A stretch of 64,000 bases of DNA from Candidatus Omnitrophota bacterium (GCA_043821285.1 JBDRCZ010000073.1:3564-67563); one strand, 5' to 3'. Shown: positions 10,700 to 20,884, counted from the stretch's first letter. Notes: generated by a model from the letters alone, not told the origin. A program made the numbers and translations.

Positions 10700-11425
10700 A
10701 TGAACGTTAATTATTTATACGATCAGTTAAAAACCGCACTGCGGGAGCAGACAGCCGGGCAGCAATTATATCATGAAACCGTATCAATCCGCTGTAGAAC
10801 CTTAACTGCCGATCAAGCGATTGGAAACCCGGAACATCAGGATTATCCGATTATTAAAGGAAAGGAAGTTATGGTTGAGGCCGGGTTTCTTGGGGCAAAA
10901 GGCCAGGCCTTTACTGACGAATTTGAAGCCAGAGACTATACAATTACTCAGTTGATAGATATGGAACTTGATAGCAATAAAAAAAGGGCCAGTTTTATTG
11001 CCGCATTTAATGCGGTTTATCGATATCTTAATCTGTGCGAAAAAACGCTTCATTGTAAGGATAAAGAACCGGTTCAGTGTGCGGAAGAGTTGATAAATAC
11101 CATCCCGGCCGGCGCGAAAGTCCTGTTAATCGGTTATCAGCCCCGTTTTATTGAAAAACTTTCAAGTGCGTTTCAGCTCAGAACTATTGATATGGACGAG
11201 GACAATATTGGCCGGGAGAGTTTTGGGGTTATTGTTGAGCCGCCGTGCCGTACCGCGGAGGCGATAGATTGGGGTAATCTGATACTTGCCACCGGCTCGA
11301 CGATTGTCAATGGAACGATTGTGACTTTTCTAAACAGCGATAAGCCGGTATTATTTTACGGGATAACAATTTCCGGCCCGGCAAGTTTATTATCTTTAAA
11401 AAGATATTGTTTTTGCGGACATTAA
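10700..11425 (+). CDS. DUF364 / Rossmann-like putative metal-chelation protein
   Basis: AIGNPEHQDYPIIKGKE and LATGSTIVNGT motifs; typical of Mo/W clusters. Confidence 0.65.
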   Translation: MNVNYLYDQLKTALREQTAGQQLYHETVSIRCRTLTADQAIGNPEHQDYPIIKGKEVMVEAGFLGAKGQAFTDEFEARDYTITQLIDMELDSNKKRASFIAAFNAVYRYLNLCEKTLHCKDKEPVQCAEELINTIPAGAKVLLIGYQPRFIEKLSSAFQLRTIDMDEDNIGRESFGVIVEPPCRTAEAIDWGNLILATGSTIVNGTIVTFLNSDKPVLFYGITISGPASLLSLKRYCFCGH

Positions 11426-11449
11426 CATAAAACCGGATGAGGTGGGAAT

Positions 11450-11635
11450 ATGTTGTCAAAGGATATGATTACGGCAATAGAGGAAATGGTTTTTGAAACG
11501 GATGGACGTCGAAAATTAACCTGTGCCAGTGTGTTTAAGGTTAGTTATGAATTTAAAATACTATTAGCAGAAATTGGTAAGTATTGTAATGAGAACGGAA
11601 TTAAAATAGCGGATTGTCAATTAGGTTGTTTTTAG
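11450..11635 (+). CDS. Small Cys-rich protein ending CQLGCF
   Basis: LTCASVF...IGKYCNENGIKIADCQLGCF, with a GAGG RBS. Confidence 0.65.
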   Translation: MLSKDMITAIEEMVFETDGRRKLTCASVFKVSYEFKILLAEIGKYCNENGIKIADCQLGCF

Positions 11636-11639
11636 GAGA

Positions 11640-12089
11640 ATGTCTCTCATGCGCTCCCCGAAAATCATTGTTGTTGCCGGGGCACATTCTAATATTGGTA
11701 AAACTACGCTTGCCGGTCAATTGTCTGCTCTGCTCGATAAAGCGGTTCGGGTCAAAATCGGACATCACCCGATGAAAGAGCATGGTGATAAAAATTATTA
11801 TTACGCCGGCACAACGTTTTCTGAAATTCTCGCAGATAATCAGGGATGCCGGTTTTTGATCATTGAGAGTAATCAGATACTTAAACAGATTAAACCGGAC
11901 TGTTTGATATTTTTAACCGGACCGGGAAAGACTAAGCCGTCTGCGGAAGCGGCGCTTATCGCGGCGGATATTATCAGAGGGATGTATCTTGATACTGTCC
12001 AGCAGAGACGTATTGCCGCTGTATTGGGGATAAACATGGCCGCGGTCAGAAAAATAATTGAATTATCCGGCGCCTATCTTCAAAAATAA
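11640..12089 (+). CDS. MobB-like P-loop protein
   Basis: GAHSNIGKT Walker A and LIIESN. Confidence 0.55.
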   Translation: MSLMRSPKIIVVAGAHSNIGKTTLAGQLSALLDKAVRVKIGHHPMKEHGDKNYYYAGTTFSEILADNQGCRFLIIESNQILKQIKPDCLIFLTGPGKTKPSAEAALIAADIIRGMYLDTVQQRRIAAVLGINMAAVRKIIELSGAYLQK

Positions 12090-12101
12090 GAAGTATGACA
12101 A

Positions 12102-12905
12102 ATGTTTAAATTTTTCTCTAAGATAGTCTTTTTCGTTGTGATAAGCACTGTGTTCATATTGTTTGTTTCTCTGATTTTTTTCGGCGATAAAACAAAGCCG
12201 GAATTTCCCCGAAAACCAACGCTAATTGTCTATGCCGGGGCCGGGCTGATGAAGCCGATGGAGGAGATTTGTCAACGGTTTGGCAAAGATAATCGGGTAG
12301 AGGTGCGGGTGAACTATGGGGGATCCGGCGAGTTGCTCGGGCAGTTGTCCATGGGGAGAACCGGCGATGTTTTTGTTCCCGGGGCGGATAAATATATTGA
12401 TGATGCGAAAAAAAATAAATGGATTATTGTACCTACTATAACCCGGCTGGTAAAACACGTTCCGGTTATTGCTGTAGGTTATGGCAATCCGCGAAAAATC
12501 AAAGGATTAGATGATCTGATGCGTCCGGAAATAACCCTGGCATTAGGCGACCCGAATGCTTGTGCGATTGGACGTTTAGCGCAGGATATTTTTATAAAGA
12601 ACGGTATTAACAGTCAAATAAAAGCAAATACAAAGGTTGTTACACCTACCGTCAATCAATTATTAATGTATCTGCTGATAAACCAGGTGGATGCGGCAGT
12701 TATCTGGGAAGATATGGTCTCATGGTCAGAAAGCCGGCAAAAACTCTCGATCGTCCGTATAAACCAGGAACAAAATATCATTAAAACAGTTTCTGCGGCG
12801 GTTATATCCGGAAGTTTGCAGCCGCGTGCTGCAGAAAAGTTAATTAAATTTATGGCCTCTGATCAAGGGTATGCGATCTGGGGAAAATGGGGATTTGGCC
12901 GATGA
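12102..12905 (+). CDS. modA: Molybdate/tungstate ABC transporter substrate-binding protein
   Basis: YAGAGLMKPM, NYGGSGEL and GDPNACAIG. Confidence 0.9.
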   Translation: MFKFFSKIVFFVVISTVFILFVSLIFFGDKTKPEFPRKPTLIVYAGAGLMKPMEEICQRFGKDNRVEVRVNYGGSGELLGQLSMGRTGDVFVPGADKYIDDAKKNKWIIVPTITRLVKHVPVIAVGYGNPRKIKGLDDLMRPEITLALGDPNACAIGRLAQDIFIKNGINSQIKANTKVVTPTVNQLLMYLLINQVDAAVIWEDMVSWSESRQKLSIVRINQEQNIIKTVSAAVISGSLQPRAAEKLIKFMASDQGYAIWGKWGFGR

Positions 12906-13744
12906 GGCATACGGACATACTTAAGAACGTGCTCTTAATATTTACGCTGCTGATTGTTCTGATTATAATGGTATCTGTTGCGGCATTGTTTTTTGTACGG
13001 AATTTCTCAGGGGTGTTAGAGAATATATTCAGTCAAGAGATTAGATATTCTCTGCGGTTGTCGATTGTTACCGGATGTGTATCAACGATACTGGTGATTT
13101 GTGCGGCTGTTCCGGTTGCTTATTTATTTTCAAGATACCGGTTCCCGGGACAGCAGATTATAAAGACGGTTTTATATCTGCCAATTGCTTTCCCGGAGAT
13201 TGTGTTAGGACTTTGTCTTTTGCTCTTTTTCGGGCATCCGGCAGTAAGAGGTTTTTTGTCTGTGCTCGGGGTTGATTTTGTTTTTTCAAAGCCTGGGATT
13301 ATTGTCGCGCAGTTTTTTACGGCATTCCCTTATGCGATACGTATAATTAAAACGGTGTTCGATAGTATTGACCCCCAGCAGGAATTAGTCTCAAGAAGTC
13401 TGGGGTATTCTCAGTTAAGGACAATATTCACGATAACCTTGCCGCTGGCAAAAAACGGCATTATCGCGGCTATGGCAATCTCGTTTGCACGTTGTGTCGG
13501 TGCTTTTGGCTCGGTTTTAATTCTGGCCGGCGGAACGCGTATGTATACAGAAACCCTGCCAATCGCCCTGTATTTAAATTTATCTTATGGAAATATGGAT
13601 CTAGCGATAGCCGCAGGCCTGATGCTCGTGGTGATCGCTTTTATCGGTATTTATATTATTGAGGCAATAGAATCGCGATCAGGGGATTCAATGTTTGGAA
13701 TTGTAATAGGCAATAGTGACAAGGTACTGTCAAAAATAAAATGA
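12902..13744 (+). CDS. modB: Molybdate/tungstate ABC transporter permease
   Basis: LPIAFPEIVLG, EAA-like ELVSRSLG and FARCVGAFG. ATG at 12902 overlaps the modA stop. Confidence 0.85.
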   Translation: MRHTDILKNVLLIFTLLIVLIIMVSVAALFFVRNFSGVLENIFSQEIRYSLRLSIVTGCVSTILVICAAVPVAYLFSRYRFPGQQIIKTVLYLPIAFPEIVLGLCLLLFFGHPAVRGFLSVLGVDFVFSKPGIIVAQFFTAFPYAIRIIKTVFDSIDPQQELVSRSLGYSQLRTIFTITLPLAKNGIIAAMAISFARCVGAFGSVLILAGGTRMYTETLPIALYLNLSYGNMDLAIAAGLMLVVIAFIGIYIIEAIESRSGDSMFGIVIGNSDKVLSKIK

Positions 13745-13748
13745 AAGA

Positions 13749-13974
13749 AACCACAGAGGGCACAGAGAGTTATTTTAAAAATAAATAAGTCATTGATACG
13801 GTAACGGTTAAGGTAACGCACTATAACTACGTATAGCGTATTGAGTATTGAGTATTGAGTATTGAGTTTTTATTGTCATCCTTTTAGTTTTTGTGCTCAA
13901 TTCTCAATACTCAATACTCAATACAAAGATGTTACCGTAACCGACAAACCTTTTTCTCTCTGGTGGCTGTGGTT
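13749..13974. repeat. Triple-nested inverted-repeat element
   Basis: Outer CACAGAG/CTGTG arms, middle GGTAAC/GTTACC arms, inner (GTATTGA)x4 at 13838-13865 against (CTCAATW)x4 at 13896-13923. Confidence 0.85.
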
Positions 13975-14014
13975 AATTATTTGACAGAACCATATTATAC
14001 GAGGAGAGGAGGAG

Positions 14015-15121
14015 ATGAATAAAGTCTCCGGGCATATCTTAGTAAAAGACCTTTATTTAACACTGGGTAATTTTTGCCTTAAGAAAATTGATCTAGAGGT
14101 AAACCCGGGCGATTACCACATGCTCCTGGGTCCTTCAGGCAGCGGGAAGTCATCTTTAATGAAATGTCTGCTCGGATTTTACCGTATTGATCGCGGCATG
14201 GTGTGGCTGGGTGCCCGGAACATAACGAATGAACGTCCTGAAAAGCGGCGAATGGGATATGTGCCGCAGAATTATGCGCTTTTTTCCCACATGAATGTGG
14301 AAGAGAATATTCGATACGGAATGAAAGCGGCTAATTTGACAAATCACCAAGCCGCGCAGTATCTTAATCGGCTGCTGGGTATCATGGGCATTGAGAATTT
14401 GCGGTTACGGGAAGTAGATTATTTGTCCGGAGGAGAAAAACAAAAAGTCGCGCTTGGCCGGGCCCTGGGCATGAAGCCGGAAACGATTTTGCTTGATGAA
14501 CCCTTTTCTGCGATTGATGAGGACAGTAAACGCCGATTGTGGTTTGAGCTCAAGCAGGTGATTAATGAGGTTGGTGTGACGACCTTACACATAACCCATA
14601 ATCTTGAAGAGGCTGAAACGCTCGGGGACCGATTGACGCTGTTAATCAATGGAGAAATTGTCCAAAGCGGGAAACGGGAGGAATTGTTTGAACATCCGGT
14701 AAATGAACGTGTTGCCCGGTATTTGAATTACCGGAATATTTTTTATGGGGTAATAAGGGATTACGATGATCACCAAATGTTTGTTTCTGAACATTTCTCT
14801 GTTTCATTAAACCGGAAGTTCCCAAGTAACATACCGGTGACGTTATGTATTCGCCAGCAGGATATAAAGATCGTCAGAGACAATGTTCCGCTTAAGGAAG
14901 AACTATCCGGCACGGTCTTCTCAGGAGAGATTGTAGAATTATTTCAACTTTCAGAATATAGTTTGATGTGGTTTAAGATTGACACCAGCCCCAATAAATA
15001 CGACTTTGAAGTAAAATTTCCGAGCTTTATTGATAAACGGCTGGCGCTTTTTACCGGCAAGCGGATTAAGGTTGCCTTTTGGGAATCAAGGGTTATTATT
15101 TTTGAAAACGAAAGGAGATAG
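14015..15121 (+). CDS. modC: Molybdate/tungstate ABC transporter ATP-binding protein
   Basis: GPSGSGKS, LSGGEKQ and LLDEPF, with a C-terminal OB-like region. Confidence 0.85.
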   Translation: MNKVSGHILVKDLYLTLGNFCLKKIDLEVNPGDYHMLLGPSGSGKSSLMKCLLGFYRIDRGMVWLGARNITNERPEKRRMGYVPQNYALFSHMNVEENIRYGMKAANLTNHQAAQYLNRLLGIMGIENLRLREVDYLSGGEKQKVALGRALGMKPETILLDEPFSAIDEDSKRRLWFELKQVINEVGVTTLHITHNLEEAETLGDRLTLLINGEIVQSGKREELFEHPVNERVARYLNYRNIFYGVIRDYDDHQMFVSEHFSVSLNRKFPSNIPVTLCIRQQDIKIVRDNVPLKEELSGTVFSGEIVELFQLSEYSLMWFKIDTSPNKYDFEVKFPSFIDKRLALFTGKRIKVAFWESRVIIFENERR

Positions 15122-15123
15122 CA

Positions 15124-16392
15124 ATGAATACTGATTATGAAGTGATGTGGAACGATTTGGGACTTGATATAGATAAGCACAATTTTCTTTTAGATTTTCT
15201 TGGAAATGCGTATAAGGACGTGTTTTTAAACCAGGCATACAGGCCTAAGGGGATGGAGTATCTTGATTTTGTTGTTTCCGAAGCGCACGGATTAAGGATA
15301 AAAGAGCTTGTTGACGCAAAAAAAGACGGAAGGAAGGTGATAGGTGTTTTCTGTTTGTATGTGCCCGAAGAAATAATCGTTGCTTTAAACGGTATATGCG
15401 TAGGACTTTGCGGCGGCGCTGATTTCGAGCCGGAATCCGTACAGGCACGGCTGGGCAGCAGGAATATATGTCCGCTTATCCAGTCTTTTATGGGGTTTAA
15501 GCTTGGAAAAGTATGCCCTTTCTTTGAAGTTGCGGACATTCTTGTAGGCGAGACGACATGTGACGGCAAGAAAAAAGTTTATGAGAGCCTTAATGATATA
15601 CAGAATACATATACCGTATGTATGCCCCCTAGATGCGATGATGCGGGTAAGGTTTATTTTAAAGGAGAACTGTTGAAACTTGTTGCTAAATTAGAAGAAA
15701 TCACAGGGAATAAACTTACAGCGGAAAACCTTGCAAAGGGGATAGAAAAAGTTAATACAAAAAGAAAAGCGCTTGAAAGGCTGTACTCTTTAAGGAAACA
15801 GAGAAATGTCCCACTATCCGGACTTGATACGCTTTTAATAAGTCAAATCGCTTTTTATGAAGATATTGACCGGTTTATCGCAAAAATAAATGAGCTTTGT
15901 GATGAGCTTGAATCTACCCGGGAAGGTATTAAAGGGTCTGAACACATGAAAAGAATAATGGTTACAGGCACGCCAATGGCTTTCCCGAATTGGAAGATTC
16001 ACCACCTTGTTGAGTCAACAGGTAATGCCCTGGTTGTGTGCGAGGAAGCATGTACCGGGACAAGATATTTTGAGAAAATTTTTGCATCAGCCAATGACCT
16101 TGAAAAAGATATGGAGGTTATCCTTGAGCATTACTCTAATATCCATTGTGCATGTTTTACGCCAAATGAAGAACGTGTGGAAGATATACTTCGTCTTGTT
16201 GAGGAATATAAAGTGGATGGTGTAATAGTCAATAACCTGACATTCTGTACAAATTATGCGGTTGAACATGCTAAAGTAGAAAAGACACTCAAAGAAAAAG
16301 GCGTATCCGTATTAAAGATAGAAACAGACTATTCAAACTCAGACGCAGAAAGTTTAAAAATAAGAGTAGAAGCTTTTATAGAAATGATTTAA
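15124..16392 (+). CDS. Double-cubane-cluster anaerobic reductase (DCCP; 2-hydroxyacyl-CoA dehydratase family)
   Basis: DCCP-type N-terminus (WNDLGLDIDKH...RPKGMEYLDFVVSEAHGLRIKEL), plus FCLYVPEE, ETTCDGKKK, EEACTG, CACFTPN and IETDYS. Confidence 0.85.
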   Translation: MNTDYEVMWNDLGLDIDKHNFLLDFLGNAYKDVFLNQAYRPKGMEYLDFVVSEAHGLRIKELVDAKKDGRKVIGVFCLYVPEEIIVALNGICVGLCGGADFEPESVQARLGSRNICPLIQSFMGFKLGKVCPFFEVADILVGETTCDGKKKVYESLNDIQNTYTVCMPPRCDDAGKVYFKGELLKLVAKLEEITGNKLTAENLAKGIEKVNTKRKALERLYSLRKQRNVPLSGLDTLLISQIAFYEDIDRFIAKINELCDELESTREGIKGSEHMKRIMVTGTPMAFPNWKIHHLVESTGNALVVCEEACTGTRYFEKIFASANDLEKDMEVILEHYSNIHCACFTPNEERVEDILRLVEEYKVDGVIVNNLTFCTNYAVEHAKVEKTLKEKGVSVLKIETDYSNSDAESLKIRVEAFIEMI

Positions 16393-16403
16393 AGAGCTTA
16401 AAA

Positions 16404-17213
16404 ATGAAAAAATATTTAGGTATAGATGCGGGATCGCGTTTTCTAAAATACGTTATTTTAGATACTGAAACAATTATAGACAGCGGAGTTGTCTCATCCG
16501 GTAATATAGATAAGACTTTATTTTCTAATCTTGTTGAGAATGTGGAAGGAATAGGTCTGACAGGATACGGAAGGTCGATGTTCCTGGAATTTTTACAGCA
16601 TTTTTCTGCAAAGAAAATCACCGAAATAAAGGCAGCAGCCTGCGGATTAAAATATCTTGGACAAAAAGCAGCAACTGTTATAGATATAGGAGGGCAAGAT
16701 ACAAAAATAATATATCTGGATGATGAATATTCCATAAAAGATTTTACAATGAACGATAAATGCGCGGCAGGGACAGGAAAATTTATTGAAATGGTCTTAA
16801 AAACCCTTGATTTGAACTTGGAACAGGCAAGGGATATTGACTGGGGCGGGGGAACAGACGTAAAGATAAACTCAACATGCGCAGTTTTTGCTGAGACAGA
16901 AATAATACAGCATTTATATGCCGGGGTTAAGCGGTTAGATATTTTTACGGCTGTTTTAAAAAGTATTGCTTCCAGAGTGATCATTCCTAACAGGTATATG
17001 ATTTCGGAACCTGTTGTGCTTTCCGGCGGTACAGCGTATTTCAAATCTTTACAAGATTGGCTTAAGGTAATATTAAAGACGGATATAGTAGTGCCGGAGA
17101 AATTCTGGTTTGTCAATGCAATAGGTGCAGCTAATTATGCATTGGAGTTTACTCAACAAGTCAAATATAGAGAGGAGGGAACTGGTGTTCCGGCTGGTCT
17201 TCAAAACCAGTAG
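16404..17213 (+). CDS. ASKHA ATPase activator (HgdC/BadF family, DCCP-R-like)
   Basis: GIDAGS, TGYGR, DIGGQDTK, MNDKCAAGTG and STCAVFAE. Confidence 0.9.
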   Translation: MKKYLGIDAGSRFLKYVILDTETIIDSGVVSSGNIDKTLFSNLVENVEGIGLTGYGRSMFLEFLQHFSAKKITEIKAAACGLKYLGQKAATVIDIGGQDTKIIYLDDEYSIKDFTMNDKCAAGTGKFIEMVLKTLDLNLEQARDIDWGGGTDVKINSTCAVFAETEIIQHLYAGVKRLDIFTAVLKSIASRVIIPNRYMISEPVVLSGGTAYFKSLQDWLKVILKTDIVVPEKFWFVNAIGAANYALEFTQQVKYREEGTGVPAGLQNQ

Positions 17214-17263
17214 CAGGCGGATAATACCGTCTGTGGCAGGTTCGATTCCTGCTCTCTCTGCCA
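17169..17263 (+). tRNA. selC: tRNA-Sec (anticodon UCA)
   Basis: Acceptor AGAGAGG/TCTCTCT, D-stem GGAAC/GTTCC, anticodon loop CT-TCA-AA, 8-bp variable arm, T-arm GCAGG-TTCGATT-CCTGC, G73 and encoded CCA. It lies directly upstream of selA. Confidence 0.95.
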
Positions 17264-17330
17264 ATTTGGATTTAGACTAAGGAATATTAAAAGAAAGAAT
17301 CTTGGCGCTCTTTGCGTCTTGGCGGGAAAA

Positions 17331-18731
17331 ATGAATAAAAAAAACAATCAGTTACGCCGGCTTCCCGGGGTTGACGCGGTGCTGAATGAACCGGGCATAA
17401 AAAAGCTGATCACCGAATATGGCCGGGATATGGCGGTTTATTCTGCGCGTAAGGTAATCAGCGCTATGCGGGAAGAAATTAAATCCGGCGGGCTTGATTT
17501 TCAAAAAGATATATTATTCAACCGGATTAATGATACTGTTTACAAAATTGCGCGTGATCGGTTTAAACCGGTTATTAATGCAACCGGCATTCTGATTCAT
17601 ACTAATCTTGGCCGTGCCCCCCTGGGTGAGTACGCGGCCGCGGAGCTGGAAAAGACAATAGCCGGTTATACGAATCTGGAGTTTGATCTTGCCACGGGCC
17701 GCCGCGGACGGCGAAACGATTTGATTGCTCCGCTTATTAATTTTTTAACCGGGGCAGAAGACTCGCTTGTGGTAAATAACAATGCTGCGGCGCTGCTAAT
17801 TATTCTGCATACTTTTGCCCGCGGTAAAGAGGTTATTGTTTCGCGGGGCGAACTTGTGGAAATCGGTGATTCCTTCCGTATTCCCGATATGTTACGCGCG
17901 GCCGGGGCAAAGATGGTTGAGGTTGGCACGACGAATAGAACGCGCCTGTGTGATTATGAAAAGGCATTGACACCCAGGACCGCACTCATTTTAAAAGTAC
18001 ATAAGTCTAATTACGCGATTACGGGGTTTACCGAAGAAGTTTCGGTTAAAGATCTTTCCGGGTTTTCCCATAAACAGGCAATCCCTTTTGTATACGATAT
18101 CGGGTCGGGCCTGTTACGCAAACCAAAAGGCTTTACCCTTGAGAATGAGCCTGAGGTAAAAGGTGCAATTGGTCACGGCGCGGACATGGTGACGTTTAGC
18201 GGGGATAAACTGATTGGCGGGCCGCAGGCAGGAATCATTACCGGCAGAAAAGATTTAATCCGCCGCATTGCGCGCGCGCCGATGATGCGGGCACTGCGGG
18301 TAGGAAAACTCACCCTGGCCGCGCTTATTGTTACCTGCAGGCAGTATCTGAATGACAAAGAGCGCAAAAGTAAGACACCGTTATTTACCCTGCTTGAGCG
18401 CAGTAAAAGGCAGAGAAAAGAAATGGCCGTAAACCTTATGGAGGAGTTGAGGAAACAGAACATTGCCGCAACCATGGTAAAAAACAAAGGGTGCTGCGGC
18501 GGCGGTACTCTGCCGGAACTGTACATTGACAGTTTTGCCGTTTGTCTTAACTTCCCGTACCAAAACAATAAAGAACGTGTGCATGCTGCGGAAAAAACAT
18601 TTCGCGAACTTTTACGCATAGATAAACCGATTATCGCTATTTTACGTAAAGGTGAAATTCTTTTCGATGTGCTTGCCCTTTTGCCGCAGGATATACCGTA
18701 TATTGCCGAGCAAGCTGCCAAAACAAGATAA
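17331..18731 (+). CDS. selA: L-seryl-tRNA(Sec) selenium transferase
   Basis: INATGILIHTNLGRAPL, SRGELVEIG and FSGDKLIGGPQAG. ATG 17331 preferred because TTG 17319 lies in a repeat. Confidence 0.97.
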   Translation: MNKKNNQLRRLPGVDAVLNEPGIKKLITEYGRDMAVYSARKVISAMREEIKSGGLDFQKDILFNRINDTVYKIARDRFKPVINATGILIHTNLGRAPLGEYAAAELEKTIAGYTNLEFDLATGRRGRRNDLIAPLINFLTGAEDSLVVNNNAAALLIILHTFARGKEVIVSRGELVEIGDSFRIPDMLRAAGAKMVEVGTTNRTRLCDYEKALTPRTALILKVHKSNYAITGFTEEVSVKDLSGFSHKQAIPFVYDIGSGLLRKPKGFTLENEPEVKGAIGHGADMVTFSGDKLIGGPQAGIITGRKDLIRRIARAPMMRALRVGKLTLAALIVTCRQYLNDKERKSKTPLFTLLERSKRQRKEMAVNLMEELRKQNIAATMVKNKGCCGGGTLPELYIDSFAVCLNFPYQNNKERVHAAEKTFRELLRIDKPIIAILRKGEILFDVLALLPQDIPYIAEQAAKTR

Positions 18732-18740
18732 GGTTATGTT

Positions 18741-20681
18741 ATGAAACATTTGATTATGGGTACTGCCGGGCATGTTGACCATGGCAAAACCGCGCTGATA
18801 AAAATGCTTACCGGCATTGATTGTGATACCCATCCGGAAGAAAAGCGCCGCGGGATAACCATGAATTTAGGGTTTGCCTATTATGACCTTCCGGACTCCT
18901 CCCGGCTGGGGATTGTTGATGTTCCCGGTCACAGAAATTTTGTGCATACCATGGCCGCCGGCGCAAGCGGTATTGATTTTTTCCTATTAGTCATTGCCGC
19001 AGACAGCGGGATTATGCCTCAGACGCGGGAGCACGTGAAAATAATAGAGATGTTCGGGATTAAAAAGGGGATTATCGTGCTGAACAAGATTGACCTTATT
19101 GACGATGAATTGCGGGAGTTAAATCAGGAAGAGATCCGTGATTATTTTAAAGATACGTTGTTTGCCGGCCTTCCGGTAACCGGGGTCTCGGCAAAGACCG
19201 GAGCGGGGAAGGAAGATTTGCAGCAGGCTATTTTTAATCTCGCGCAAAGTGTCGATGAAAAAGTGATTGAAAAAATCTTCCGGATGTACATTGACCGTAT
19301 TTTTATTGTTGAAGGCTTCGGTACGGTAGTAACCGGCACGGTATTAGGCGGCCGGCTCTCGCCGGGGGATAGGGTTTATCTTTTACCATCGGAGAAAGAG
19401 CTTCGCATCCGGCGGATAGAGCATCACGGCCGGGAAGTTCAAGAGATCCGCGCCGGCGACAGAGCAGCCATAAACCTTGTGGGCTTAGACCGCAGCGATT
19501 TTAGCCGCGGCATGCTTATTTCCGACAGGATACTGGAACCGTCGACGATGATTGACGTGTACTGTTCTGTTTTTGATCAGGTTACCGGCCTTAATGTATG
19601 GACATCGGCTTTATTTCACTGCGGGACGAATGAAATACAATGCCGGGTGCATTTACTTGATTGCGACCGGCTAATGCCCAAAGAACAGGCGGTTGCGCAG
19701 ATCGTACTTTCAAAGCCGGCAGTTATCTTAAACAATGACCGTTTTATATTAAGGAATACCTCCTCTGACGCGACAATCGGCGGGGGAACGGTTATTGACG
19801 CGCATCCGCTGCATCACCGGCGCCGGACGCAAAGGATGGTCGAAGAAGTTAAGAAAAGGATTGACAGCAATCTGCCGGAGCTGATTTTCTCGGAAGTACG
19901 CAAGCGCTACCGGGTTGTTTCAGATAAAGAAATTGCAGACGTATTAAACCTCCCCGCGGACCAGGTACTGGAGGTAGTTCAGAAAGAGACAGCGGATGAT
20001 ATAGTTGTGTGCATTGATAATAATGAAGCGGTACTGCTGCTGCGAAACGAATATAAGAGAATGAAAGGCCGGGTGCTTAAACGCCTTGAGGTTTTCCATA
20101 ACAATAATCCCTATGATGAGCGAGGAATGACGTTTGAAGCGTTCATAAGTGTTTTTGGATTTCAGGCAGAGGCGGCCGGAGAAATGTTTATGAAATGTCT
20201 GTTAGCGTCATTAGAAAAAAACAACAGCATAAAAAAGGCCGGTAATACCTGGGCGCTTAACAGCCATACGGTTACAATTGAGGCAGGCATGGAGCAGGAC
20301 ATCGCGTGCATAGAAAATTATCTAAAAAACTCAGGGCTTAGAACGCCGCTTATCTCGGAAATAATTCCCTATGCCAAGGCAAAACGCGCTATTCATGAAA
20401 AGAAACTTCGTCAGATCCTGCATTATTTAGCAAGCCGGGCTAAAATATATGAGATTGAAGGCAATTTTATTCATGCCTCAGTCGTGGATGCGTGCCGGGC
20501 AAAACTGTTAAACAGCCTGAAGGATAAATCCGGAGGCATAACCGTTGCGCAATTCAGGGATATTATTAAAGGAAACCGTAAAATGTGTCTTTTGCTGCTT
20601 GGCCAATATGATGCTGAAGAAATTATCGTACGACAGGGGGATGTGCGGGTTTTGACCGAAAAGGGCGCAGGGTACGTGTAG
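18741..20681 (+). CDS. selB: Selenocysteine-specific elongation factor
   Basis: [24 protein letters not shown] and C-terminal winged-helix domains. Confidence 0.97.
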   Translation: MKHLIMGTAGHVDHGKTALIKMLTGIDCDTHPEEKRRGITMNLGFAYYDLPDSSRLGIVDVPGHRNFVHTMAAGASGIDFFLLVIAADSGIMPQTREHVKIIEMFGIKKGIIVLNKIDLIDDELRELNQEEIRDYFKDTLFAGLPVTGVSAKTGAGKEDLQQAIFNLAQSVDEKVIEKIFRMYIDRIFIVEGFGTVVTGTVLGGRLSPGDRVYLLPSEKELRIRRIEHHGREVQEIRAGDRAAINLVGLDRSDFSRGMLISDRILEPSTMIDVYCSVFDQVTGLNVWTSALFHCGTNEIQCRVHLLDCDRLMPKEQAVAQIVLSKPAVILNNDRFILRNTSSDATIGGGTVIDAHPLHHRRRTQRMVEEVKKRIDSNLPELIFSEVRKRYRVVSDKEIADVLNLPADQVLEVVQKETADDIVVCIDNNEAVLLLRNEYKRMKGRVLKRLEVFHNNNPYDERGMTFEAFISVFGFQAEAAGEMFMKCLLASLEKNNSIKKAGNTWALNSHTVTIEAGMEQDIACIENYLKNSGLRTPLISEIIPYAKAKRAIHEKKLRQILHYLASRAKIYEIEGNFIHASVVDACRAKLLNSLKDKSGGITVAQFRDIIKGNRKMCLLLLGQYDAEEIIVRQGDVRVLTEKGAGYV

Positions 20682-20884
20682 ATAATAAGGTTCTTTCTTG
20701 GCTGGGCTGCAAGATGTAACCTATTGGAGAGTAAAAATAAAAGACGACGCCACGGATTTTCACAGATTGAACACTGATAAAAAATGAGGTTAAAAAATAG
20801 ATCTTCCGTGTATGAATATACCCTGTCTCTTGCTGTAGTGTATATTCATTACGAATGAACCTAATAAGGGAATAGGGTGCTGCT

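Noticed and set aside
13838-13924. GTATTGA tandem repeats as a CRISPR array or simple VNTR
   Set aside because: These are 7-bp units with no spacers, arranged as inverted arms, and no cas genes are present in the window.
17073-17264. 63-aa minus-strand ORF MAERAGIEPAT...
   Set aside because: It is the antisense shadow of tRNA-Sec.
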